Shown here piece by piece: positions 53,870 to 62,079 of a DNA stretch of 64,000 nt. Source of the stretch: Patescibacteria group bacterium UBA918 (GTDB taxonomy: Bacteria; Patescibacteriota; Minisyncoccia; Phycocordibacterales; UBA918). Position numbers and translations under genes: made by a program. Each line of letters begins with the position of its first letter. Within the stretch, counting starts at the first letter, position 1. Where the stretch lies: assembly GCA_002293845.1 (NCBI GenBank), contig DBEA01000010.1, forward strand, positions 565 to 64,564, written 5' to 3'. The notes beneath the pieces were generated by a model. It searched no databases, was not told where the DNA came from, and was given only the letters and a program-made list of their open reading frames with translations.

Positions 53870-55141
53870 ATGTCAACATTCCTACACAAACTGAAAGTGG
53901 CTTTTACGGACGAAGCGATCCGTAGGCGATTGTTGTTCGTTCTGGGCGCTCTGTTCGTCTTTAGGGCCTTGTCGACGATTCCGATTCCGGGAGTCGACCA
54001 TCTCGTATTGGAGCAGTTTTTCGCCAATAACCAATTTCTCGGTCTCTTGAACATTTTTTCCGGCGGCGGCCTAGCGAACCTGTCGATCATCATGCTCGGC
54101 GTCGGTCCGTTCATCACCGCTTCCATCATCATGCAGTTGTTGACAGTGATGTCTCCCAAGATGAAGAGCCTATATACCGAAGAGGGAGACGCAGGTCGCG
54201 CTCGGTTCACCCAATACTCCCGTATGTTGACCGTACCGCTCTCCGTCCTCCAAGGCTACGGCTTTTTGACCCTGTTACAGAGCCAAGGCGTCATTTCCGG
54301 CCTGAGTTTGTTCGCTTTCGCCACAAACGTGGTCTTAATCGCGGCCGGCTCCATACTCCTCATGTGGATCGGAGAGTTGGTGACGGAATATGGCATCGGA
54401 AACGGCGTTTCGATCATTATCTTCGCCGGTATCGTCGCCGGTCTCCCGGCGACCGTAAGCCAGTTGGCTTTTGCCTATAGTCCGTCGCAATTGCCGCTTT
54501 ACATCGGTTTCGGCCTCTTGGCTCTGGCAGTCATCTATGCTGTCGTGATTATGACCGAGGCGGAACGTCCTGTCCCTATTACGTACGCTAAGCAGAGTCG
54601 CGGCGGTATGACCTACGGCGGCACTTCTTCTTACATCCCACTGCGCCTCAATCAGGCCGGCGTCATCCCGATCATCTTCGCCATGTCGATCCTATTGTTC
54701 CCGCAGATGTTGATCAACGTGCTCGCCACTTTCGACATAGGCGGTCTCGATCGAGTTTCCGGAGCGATCACCTCGTTTTTGAACAATCAGCCGGTATACG
54801 CCGCCGTCTATTTCGTCTTGGTGATACTGTTCGCTTTCTTCTACACCGCGGTCACCTTCGACCCGGACTCCATGGCCAAGAACTTGCAACGTAACGGCGC
54901 ATTCGTTCCCGGTCTTCGCCCCGGTGCCGCTACGGCCGAGTATTTTGGCGGCCTCATCACCCGGTTGACTTTAGTAGGCGCGGTCTTTCTGGGCCTCGTG
55001 GCCGTACTGCCTCTTGGTATGCAGATGGCGACCGGTATCGCGGCTCTGGCCATTGGCGGTACCGCGCTCCTCATCGTAGTGAACGTGGTTTTGGACCTCT
55101 TGCGAAGGGTTGATGCCCAGGTGGCAATGAGGGAATATTAG
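53870..55141 (+). CDS. secY: Preprotein translocase subunit SecY
   Basis: 10-TM SecY sequence and operon position. Confidence 0.95.
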   Translation: MSTFLHKLKVAFTDEAIRRRLLFVLGALFVFRALSTIPIPGVDHLVLEQFFANNQFLGLLNIFSGGGLANLSIIMLGVGPFITASIIMQLLTVMSPKMKSLYTEEGDAGRARFTQYSRMLTVPLSVLQGYGFLTLLQSQGVISGLSLFAFATNVVLIAAGSILLMWIGELVTEYGIGNGVSIIIFAGIVAGLPATVSQLAFAYSPSQLPLYIGFGLLALAVIYAVVIMTEAERPVPITYAKQSRGGMTYGGTSSYIPLRLNQAGVIPIIFAMSILLFPQMLINVLATFDIGGLDRVSGAITSFLNNQPVYAAVYFVLVILFAFFYTAVTFDPDSMAKNLQRNGAFVPGLRPGAATAEYFGGLITRLTLVGAVFLGLVAVLPLGMQMATGIAALAIGGTALLIVVNVVLDLLRRVDAQVAMREY

Positions 55142-55164
55142 AACTTCCAGACTCAGGAAAAAAC

Positions 55165-55200
55165 AGGGCGGCCCGCAGGGCCGCCCTGTTTTTTCCTCTA
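55165..55200 (+). terminator. Intrinsic terminator AACAGGGCGGCCC-gcag-GGCCGCCCTGTTTTTTCC
   Basis: Perfect stem plus T-run after secY. Confidence 0.8.
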
Positions 55201-55215
55201 AAAATCTGTTAATCT

Positions 55216-55794
55216 GTGGATGTGAAAAACGCTGACACGCGGTATCAAAGCATCATCTTCATGGGAAAGACCGGGTGCGGAAAAGGTACTCAAGCACACC
55301 GCTTGGCGGCAGACTTCGGCTACGATCTTTTCTCTACCGGCGACCGCGTGCGCGCGTTAAGCAACGAGGACACTTCCCTCGGTCGCCATATCAGGGATAT
55401 CCACATGAGCGGCTGGGTGCCTGAATGGCTGGCTAGTTATCTTTTTGCCAAGGCAATTTTAGAGGAGGACATCGATCATGGTTTGGTCTTCGAGAGCGTG
55501 GCCAGGAAGCCGGAAGAGGCTAAGAAACTCCATGAGATGCATCACATGCTCAATCGTTCCTACGTGGTTCTGCACTTGGATGCCGCGGACGAGGTGGTGA
55601 TCGATCGAATGCGCAAACGCCAGCGCGACGCTTCCGATTCTGAAGAGAACATCAAGAAACGGTTACAGGCTTTTTATGACGAAACCGTCCGTTCACTCGA
55701 GTTTTTCCGAGAGCAGGGCAAGGTCGTCGATATCGATGCCACCAGATCACCGGACGAAGTGTATCAAGAAGTGTTAAAAGCTATCGCCAAGTAA
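55216..55794 (+). CDS. Adenylate-kinase-family NMP kinase, divergent paralog (LID/NMP-binding motifs altered)
   Basis: P-loop GKTGCGKGTQ, STGDRVR. ESVARKP replaces the canonical DGFPRT. Confidence 0.65.
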   Translation: MDVKNADTRYQSIIFMGKTGCGKGTQAHRLAADFGYDLFSTGDRVRALSNEDTSLGRHIRDIHMSGWVPEWLASYLFAKAILEEDIDHGLVFESVARKPEEAKKLHEMHHMLNRSYVVLHLDAADEVVIDRMRKRQRDASDSEENIKKRLQAFYDETVRSLEFFREQGKVVDIDATRSPDEVYQEVLKAIAK

Positions 55795-55795
55795 C

Positions 55796-56392
55796 ATGCG
55801 ACCTACGACAGTCATATTCATCGGTCCCCAAGGAAGCGGTAAGGGGACTCAGATTGAGAAACTCGATCAAGTACTGCGCGGAAAGGACCCCACTAGACGC
55901 GTGGTCGACATCCAGACCGGTCGACGCTTTAGGGCCATGGCCGCTTCCGGCGAGGGTTACACGGAAAAACACGTGCAAGCGACACTGAACACCGGTGTGC
56001 TACAGCCCCTGTTTCTTTCGACCGTGCTGTGGGGCGATGCTATGCGCACTCATCTCGACAACGAGTGTCACTTGCTCATCGACGGTTTCCCGCGGGTTAT
56101 AGACGAAGCCAAGGTTTTGGAGTCGGCCCTGAGGTTCTACGACCGCAATCCGGTCGACATCATTTACCTTGATACCCCGGAGGAGGTGGTGCGTGGTCGT
56201 ATGACGAGCCGCGCTCGACCCGATGACACCAAAGAGTCCATAGAAGAACGACTTAGATGGTACCGTGAGGAGACCTTGCCGGTAGTGGAGTATTACCGCG
56301 TCAGACCGAACGCGCATGTTCATGATATAGACGGCACCGTCTCCATAGACGATGTGCACCGTGCTATTTTGAACGCTCTTAATTTGGCTTAA
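55796..56392 (+). CDS. adk: Adenylate kinase (short-LID type)
   Basis: GPQGSGKGTQ, LIDGFPR, classic position after secY. Confidence 0.85.
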   Translation: MRPTTVIFIGPQGSGKGTQIEKLDQVLRGKDPTRRVVDIQTGRRFRAMAASGEGYTEKHVQATLNTGVLQPLFLSTVLWGDAMRTHLDNECHLLIDGFPRVIDEAKVLESALRFYDRNPVDIIYLDTPEEVVRGRMTSRARPDDTKESIEERLRWYREETLPVVEYYRVRPNAHVHDIDGTVSIDDVHRAILNALNLA

Positions 56393-57166
56393 ATGGCTAT
56401 CACTATCAAGACCAAAGAAGACATCGCTAAGTTGCGAAAGGGTGGAAAGATCCTCGCAGGTATTTTGGACGAACTGGAAAAGGAGGTGGTCCCTGGGAAC
56501 ACCACCCTAGACGTCGACGATCGCGCCATGGAACTGATCGAGGCGGCCGGTCTTGAACCCATGCTCCTCGGTTATCAGCCTAGTTTCGCCCCTAGGCCGT
56601 ATCCGGCGGCCACATGCGTCTCGGTCAACGATGTCGTCGTTCACGGTATTCCTAACGAAAAACCCCGCACTTTCAAGGATGGCGATGTTGTCAGTGTCGA
56701 CTTGGTGATCGGCTATGACGGTATGGTGTTGGATTCTTGCCGCACTGTTATTTGTGGAAACGGCGACAGCGAGGCCGAGGAGTTGCTCGAGGTGACCAGG
56801 AAGGCCCTCAAGGCCGGCATCGCCGCCGTTCGTCCGGGTCGCCATGTCTCCGATATCGGGGCCGCCATCGAGAAGGTCGTACCGGCAGGTTACGGTATCG
56901 TCGAGGCTTTGTGCGGACATGGCCTCGGTTATTCTCTTCACGAAGAGCCGCAGATTCCGAATTACGTCATCAGAGGCTACAAAGGCGCGCTCTTGAAGCC
57001 GGGAATGGTGTTGGCGATCGAACCGATGATCATCCACGGCGACAAGGACGTGGTCTTCGATGAACGAGATGGCTATGCCGTGCGCTCGGCAGATGGCCAT
57101 GTGGCCGCGCATATGGAGCATACGGTCCTAGTGACCGAAAAAGGCGCGGAGGTCCTAACTCGCTAA
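56393..57166 (+). CDS. map: Methionine aminopeptidase type I
   Basis: Pita-bread fold motifs; classic position. Confidence 0.9.
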   Translation: MAITIKTKEDIAKLRKGGKILAGILDELEKEVVPGNTTLDVDDRAMELIEAAGLEPMLLGYQPSFAPRPYPAATCVSVNDVVVHGIPNEKPRTFKDGDVVSVDLVIGYDGMVLDSCRTVICGNGDSEAEELLEVTRKALKAGIAAVRPGRHVSDIGAAIEKVVPAGYGIVEALCGHGLGYSLHEEPQIPNYVIRGYKGALLKPGMVLAIEPMIIHGDKDVVFDERDGYAVRSADGHVAAHMEHTVLVTEKGAEVLTR

Positions 57167-57227
57167 ATATCGTTTTGTCTTTTGGTTTTTTCGTGCTATC
57201 CTCACGTGACTTTAGAAACCAAACGTT

Positions 57228-57833
57228 ATGAATAAATTGCCACATCAAGAAAGATCCCTCGTGCTCTTGAAGCCGGACGCCGTACAGCGTAGCCTTATCG
57301 GCGAGGTTGTCGGCCGTTTCGAGCGCGTCGGCCTCAAGGTGGCCGCCATGAAAATGGTCATGGCCACAGAGGAACAACTCATCACTCATTATAATAAGAC
57401 CGACGAGTGGTATGAAAGAAAGGGCAAGGGTATCGTGGCCGATATGGAGGCCCATAAGATCCCGGTCACCAAGGAACCGATCGAGTACGGCAAAGATATC
57501 ATTCGCAACATGGTGAAGTACATGACCGCCGCGCCGGTCGTCGCCATTGTGCTCGAAGGCAATCAGTCGGTGGCGGTAGTGACCAAGCTGGTCGGTACGA
57601 CCGAACCCTCCACTTCGGACGTGGGCACCATTCGCGGCGATTACACGCTCGATTCGTACTCTCACGCCACCATCGAGAATCGCGGCGTGCGCAATTTGAT
57701 CCACTGTTCCGAATCCCCGGCCGAGGCCGAACGCGAGATGGCCATTTGGTTCACGGACGGCGAGATGATGAAGTACGCTACGGCTCAGGAACGCATCATG
57801 TACGACGTCAACCTGGATGGATCGAACGAATAA
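57228..57833 (+). CDS. ndk: Nucleoside diphosphate kinase (long form with ~60-aa insertion)
   Basis: LVLLKPDAVQRSLIGEVV...NLIHCSESPAEAEREMAIWF. Confidence 0.8.
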   Translation: MNKLPHQERSLVLLKPDAVQRSLIGEVVGRFERVGLKVAAMKMVMATEEQLITHYNKTDEWYERKGKGIVADMEAHKIPVTKEPIEYGKDIIRNMVKYMTAAPVVAIVLEGNQSVAVVTKLVGTTEPSTSDVGTIRGDYTLDSYSHATIENRGVRNLIHCSESPAEAEREMAIWFTDGEMMKYATAQERIMYDVNLDGSNE

Positions 57834-57856
57834 TTGAAATTTCATTAAGAAACAAA

Positions 57857-57890
57857 AAGCGGCGGGCCGAAAGGCCCGCCGCTTTTTGCC
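57857..57890 (+). terminator. Intrinsic terminator AAAAGCGGCGGGCC-gaaa-GGCCCGCCGCTTTTTGCC
   Basis: After ndk. Confidence 0.8.
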
Positions 57891-57899
57891 CGTGTTATG

Positions 57900-58145
57900 A
57901 TTTTCAGAGGACTGATAAAGCATGTTCCGAGTTATGCAACATTTAGGGCTGCCTTTAGACTCGGTTTCCTATGAGAATCCCTCGGGACTTTCAGACAGTT
58001 ACCGGTACGGGTGCCCACCTGGCACAGCGCCGGGGACATGCTCAGTCCGACGAATTCGCCTCCATTCTCGCCGTAAAGACGACGTTGTGGTGAGAGTGGA
58101 GGCGGATTCTGAAAGCTCCGTCTGTTGACGGAGCTTTTGTATTTT
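57900..58145 (+). ncRNA. Terminator-bounded ~220-nt segment ending in hairpin AAAGCTCCGTC-tgttg-ACGGAGCTTT TGTATTTTT. Candidate sRNA or attenuator, or a 68-aa ORF (57922..58128).
   Basis: No conserved protein features in the ORF. The second terminator is 20 nt before the next gene. Confidence 0.3.
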
Positions 58146-58166
58146 TCGACGTGATAAAATCGATAC

Positions 58167-58553
58167 ATGATAAAGCCGGTCACTACAATCTTCGTCATAT
58201 CCGCTTCGATACTGGCCACCACTAATTATTTGGCCATCGAGTTCTATCTATATTGGTATTATCCGTGGATCGATCTGGTCACTCATTTTCTCGGCGGAGC
58301 GGTGGCCGCCTTAGGGGCGTTTTCTTTGAAGGACTTTTGGCCGCGATTTCCAGGACGAGCACTTCGTTTATCTATAATCATCACTTTCGTGTTCCTGGTG
58401 GCCGTAGCTTGGGAGGCCTTCGAGGTTTGGGCCGGCATTTCTATGAACGAACCGGGGTATGCTTTAGACACGGTGCTGGATCTCATCATGGGTCTATCGG
58501 GCGGTGGCGTCGGGTATTTTGTCGGCCGTAACGTGAGAGATTTAGACCTATGA
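58167..58553 (+). CDS. Hypothetical membrane protein (4 TM)
   Basis: tgATAAAAT 6 nt upstream of the ATG. Not CrcB-like or SMR-like by motif. Confidence 0.5.
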   Translation: MIKPVTTIFVISASILATTNYLAIEFYLYWYYPWIDLVTHFLGGAVAALGAFSLKDFWPRFPGRALRLSIIITFVFLVAVAWEAFEVWAGISMNEPGYALDTVLDLIMGLSGGGVGYFVGRNVRDLDL

Positions 58554-59911
58554 CCTCGAAACTAGGTTTCTACGGAGGAGTGGGAAGCGTCACCGGCGCC
58601 AATTTCTGGCTCGATACCGGCGGCTCCCAGATCGTGGTCGACTGCGGCCTGGTGCAGGGCGACCGGTTCGACATGGAGGTTAACGCCGAGGATTTCGCCT
58701 TCGACCCTAAGGCCGTGAACACCCTTCTTGTCACTCATGCCCATGCCGACCACATCGGCCGCGTGCCCAAGCTCGTTCGCGACGGTTTTTCGGGCAAGAT
58801 ATATTCGACCGAACCCACTCGGGCACTGGCCGATGTGATGTTGCGCGACGCATACAGAGTGATGGTCTATGAGTCTGAACGTTATGGCTCGCCGGTTCTT
58901 TACGACGAGGCGGACATCGACCAGGCCTTGGCACTCTGGAACTCGGTCGAGTACGAAGAACCTTTAAGTTTGCCCGACGGCGTGACGGCCAAGTTTAAAG
59001 ACGTCGGCCACATTTTGGGTTCCGCTTCGATCACGCTCAGTCGCGATGATCGGTCGATCGTGTTCAGCGGGGACATCGGCAACGTGCCCCAGCCTTTACT
59101 CGATGCCCCGGTCGTCCCTGTCGGCTATGATTATTTGGTCATGGAGAGCGTATACGGCGATCGGCGCCATGAGGAGGTAAAAGAACGGTCCGATCTATTG
59201 CGTCACCACATCGAGGACACTATTAAAAAGCGGGGTACTCTGATCATTCCGGCGTTTTCCCTGGAGCGCACTCAAGGCATGCTGTTCGAGATCAACAATC
59301 TGGTGGAATCGGGGGCGATCGCTCCGATACCGACTTTCCTCGATTCGCCATTGGCGATTGCCGTCACTGAGATATATCGTGATCGCACCAATTACTTGCG
59401 TCGCGAGGTCAGAGAGCAGATCGCCAACGGCGACGACATCTTCGACTTTCCTAAACTCAAGTTCACGCGTAGCGCCGCTGATTCGGCTCTGATCGGAAAA
59501 GAGAAGGGAGCGAAGATCGTCATCGCCGGCAGTGGCATGTCGCACGGTGGGCGTATTTTAGGCCATGAACAGCGATATCTCGAGGACCCGTCCACCACGC
59601 TCCTCTTGGTCGGCTACCAGGCCGTCGGGTCGGTCGGCCGCCGGCTACAAGACGGCGCCAAGAGCCTCAAGATCGACGGCATCAAAGTGAAGGTAAAAGC
59701 CAAGATCGCGGTGATCCGCGGCTGGTCCGGCCATGCCGACCGCGATCAGCTCGTCGACTTCGTCGCCCAAGGCGGCGGGAAGGCTAAGCAGGTTTTCGTG
59801 ACTATGGGCGAAGAGCGCTCCTCGTTGTTCTTGGTCCAGCGTCTCCGCGATTATTTAGGCGTCAACGCCGTGGCTCCGAGCGCGGGGGAGGTGGTAGAGA
59901 TCGAGTTTTAG
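58550..59911 (+). CDS. MBL-fold beta-CASP family nuclease (RNA-metabolising metallo-beta-lactamase, RNase J/CPSF-like)
   Basis: HAHADHIGR motif plus beta-CASP region. Confidence 0.7.
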   Translation: MTSKLGFYGGVGSVTGANFWLDTGGSQIVVDCGLVQGDRFDMEVNAEDFAFDPKAVNTLLVTHAHADHIGRVPKLVRDGFSGKIYSTEPTRALADVMLRDAYRVMVYESERYGSPVLYDEADIDQALALWNSVEYEEPLSLPDGVTAKFKDVGHILGSASITLSRDDRSIVFSGDIGNVPQPLLDAPVVPVGYDYLVMESVYGDRRHEEVKERSDLLRHHIEDTIKKRGTLIIPAFSLERTQGMLFEINNLVESGAIAPIPTFLDSPLAIAVTEIYRDRTNYLRREVREQIANGDDIFDFPKLKFTRSAADSALIGKEKGAKIVIAGSGMSHGGRILGHEQRYLEDPSTTLLLVGYQAVGSVGRRLQDGAKSLKIDGIKVKVKAKIAVIRGWSGHADRDQLVDFVAQGGGKAKQVFVTMGEERSSLFLVQRLRDYLGVNAVAPSAGEVVEIEF

Positions 59912-59924
59912 TAAAATATCAACA

Positions 59925-60416
59925 TTGACCATGGCTCATAATAACTATTATCTTGATTTTTGTGTCGATACTTATGTAGTCAATGGAGACTCGGTTTTGC
60001 TTCGGTTGCACGAAAAATACAATTACTGGGGTTCTCCCGGCGGTCACATCGACCCGGGAGAAGATGCTAATGAGGCTGCTGTGCGCGAAGTTTGGGAAGA
60101 AGTGGGTCTTAAGATTAGTTTGGTAGGTCCTGCTGATTGGGTTAAAACGGATACTGAGACTAATAAAGATCTTGTACCACCCCTTTTTATCAATAGGCAC
60201 TCAATAAGTGCGACCCATGACCACACGGCCTTGGTTTTTATTGCTGAGTCCGAATCAAGAGATATAAATCCTCAGACTGAGGAAGATAAAAACAAAGCCG
60301 CTGCATGTCGCTGGGTGACTCAGTCTGAACTTGACGATTTACTCAAGGACGACCCGAGAATGCGTCCGGAGATCCACCGCTACGCTTCCACTGCTTTACG
60401 GCTCGTTAATAAATAA
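59925..60416 (+). CDS. NUDIX hydrolase
   Basis: [23 protein letters not shown]. Confidence 0.8.
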   Translation: MTMAHNNYYLDFCVDTYVVNGDSVLLRLHEKYNYWGSPGGHIDPGEDANEAAVREVWEEVGLKISLVGPADWVKTDTETNKDLVPPLFINRHSISATHDHTALVFIAESESRDINPQTEEDKNKAAACRWVTQSELDDLLKDDPRMRPEIHRYASTALRLVNK

Positions 60417-60450
60417 CAAAGCCCCGCGCCGAAGGCGCGGGGTTTTGTAT
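60417..60450. terminator. Bidirectional terminator AAAGCCCCGCGCC-gaa-GGCGCGGGGTTTTGT
   Basis: Perfect hairpin between convergent genes. Confidence 0.75.
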
Positions 60451-60474
60451 ACTGCGAGTCGAGTCACTGCGCGA

Positions 60475-60819
60475 CTATTTGACCTGATCCACGATTCTCT
60501 GGAACGCTTCCGGACGATCCTTGGCCAAGGTGGCGAGGATCTTGCGATCGACAGCGATACCCTTATCTTTCATCGTCTTCATGAAAGTGCTGTATTTGAG
60601 GCCTTGGGCCTTTAGGGCCGCATTGATGCGGGTGATCCAAAGTGCGCGGAAATCGGCCTTCTTGTCCTTGCGGTGCGCGAAGGCGTAGGTCTGCGCGTGA
60701 TGAATGGCCTCGATCGCTTGGCGTTTCTTCTTGGAGCGGCCGAAGCGGTAACCTTTGACTTGTTCGAGGATGTTGCGACGGCGCTTCTGGGCCATCAATC
60801 CTCCTTTGACACGGGACAT
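60475..60819 (-). CDS. rplT: 50S ribosomal protein L20
   Basis: MSRVKGGLMAQKRRRNILEQVKGYRFG. Confidence 0.9.
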   Translation of the reverse strand: MSRVKGGLMAQKRRRNILEQVKGYRFGRSKKKRQAIEAIHHAQTYAFAHRKDKKADFRALWITRINAALKAQGLKYSTFMKTMKDKGIAVDRKILATLAKDRPEAFQRIVDQVK

Positions 60820-60863
60820 AAATTAGTAAGTAGAAATTAGAAAGTAGTAAGTATGGGCAAAAC

Positions 60864-60915
60864 TTTCACAGTTATGGAAATTCGTAGGGTTGGAGGAAAG
60901 TTTGTGAGCGAGCCG
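60864..60915. repeat. Long imperfect hairpin Y (GGAAAGTTTGT-gagcgag-CCGTATacagaCATACGG-tgacga-ACAAAATTTCC) in the rpmI-rplT spacer
   Basis: Paralog of hairpin X at 46852..46900. Confidence 0.6.
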
Positions 60916-60960
60916 TATACAGACATACGGTGACGAACAAAATTTCCGAAACCCAAGAAT

Positions 60961-61158
60961 TTACTTAGCTGTGGGAGTTTTGGGAAGGAAACGACGGGTA
61001 ATGCGCTTGCTGTAATTCAATACCTGAGTGCGCTTGCGACGAAGACGTTGCTGGCCGCTCTGGCGGGCGTTGAAGTGGTTCTGTCCGGGCTTCCTGGCCA
61101 CCAGCTTACCGTTCTTCGTCACCTTGATTCTCTTGGTATAACTTTTATTTGTCTTCAT
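60961..61158 (-). CDS. rpmI: 50S ribosomal protein L35
   Basis: MKTNKSYTKRIKVTKNGKLVARKPGQNHF. The start is moved to the internal Met; the track start is 61200. Confidence 0.8.
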   Translation of the reverse strand: MKTNKSYTKRIKVTKNGKLVARKPGQNHFNARQSGQQRLRRKRTQVLNYSKRITRRFLPKTPTAK

Positions 61159-61231
61159 AATGTTTTCGATTTTCGGGGTATTCTGTCGGAGAAGCGACAA
61201 AAGTGCCTAGAAATATACCGCAAAAAAACCT

Positions 61232-61831
61232 TTAAATCAACCCCCCTTCGATGAGCTCGTCCAAGGACTTCTTTTTGGCCCTCTTGGCCTCCTCGGCGGC
61301 GGTTTCGGTCGGTTTAGGGTACGTTTTCACCACGTCGATCTCGCGACCCTTTTCGAATTTGGCTTTACCTTCGCGTTCCAAGGTGACGGTGTAGCCCTTA
61401 GGGCTTTTTTTGATCGGATCGGCGATCTTGTATTCGATCGGGATGATCTTGAGGAAGCGCTCCAGACGATCGGTGAGGAAGGCCGGTTCCATGTACTTGT
61501 AGCGTCCCGACAAGAACAGGTCCACTTTGACGCGATGTCCCTCCGAGAGCCATTCGGCCGCACGGCGAGCCTTGAGTTGCTGATCGTGGTCGCCGGTGAT
61601 CACCTTGACCTGTACCGACTTGGTCTCGGTGACGTGGGACTTGCTCTTTACCTCGCTGGCCTTCCTTTTGGTCTCATATCGGTACTGACCGAAGTCCATG
61701 ATCTTGGCGACCGGGGGATTGGCGTTCGGACTGATCTCGATGAGGTCGAGTCCGGCCTCGTCGGCCGCCTTTAATGCCTCATCTAGTAGCAACACCCCCA
61801 GATTTTCGCCTTTGGCGCCGATCACGCGCAA
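61232..61831 (-). CDS. infC: Translation initiation factor IF-3. The track ORF begins at a TTG; the true N-terminus extends upstream with a probable non-AUG start.
   Basis: In-frame upstream codons encode ...DRTRINRAIRAKE-LRVIGAKGENLGVL, matching the IF3 N-domain (E. coli RINGEIRAQEVRL). Classic infC-rpmI-rplT order. Confidence 0.85.
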   Translation of the reverse strand: MRVIGAKGENLGVLLLDEALKAADEAGLDLIEISPNANPPVAKIMDFGQYRYETKRKASEVKSKSHVTETKSVQVKVITGDHDQQLKARRAAEWLSEGHRVKVDLFLSGRYKYMEPAFLTDRLERFLKIIPIEYKIADPIKKSPKGYTVTLEREGKAKFEKGREIDVVKTYPKPTETAAEEAKRAKKKSLDELIEGGLI

Positions 61832-62032
61832 CTCCTTCGCCCTGATGGCGCGATTGATGCGAGTACGATCCTTTTGGTTGTAGCTTGGTCGCGGATTGTT
61901 CAGATTTTTTTCTCTTAATGACTAAAAGGCGGAGCGCTTATTAGTGCATGGAATATAACACAAAATAGGGAATAGTGAATAGGGTTTTGGTGATGCCCTT
62001 AATATAGGCTGTTCCCAATCATAAAAATGACT

Positions 62033-62069
62033 ACGGTAAAATGTACCTGTAAACAGGTACATTTTACGT
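62033..62069. repeat. AT-rich palindrome ACGGTAAAATGTACCTGT-a-AACAGGTACATTTTACCGT (family P, copy 3)
   Basis: Shares TAAAA..TACCTGTwAACAGGTA..TTTTA with the copy at 27385. Confidence 0.75.
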
Positions 62070-62079
62070 CGGACTTTGA

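Noticed and set aside
58167-58553. CrcB (fluoride channel) or SMR identity for the membrane protein after the candidate attenuator
   Set aside because: It lacks the GGxxGSxxR and TTFSTF motifs of CrcB and the EmrE-type TM1 glutamate context. It is left as hypothetical.
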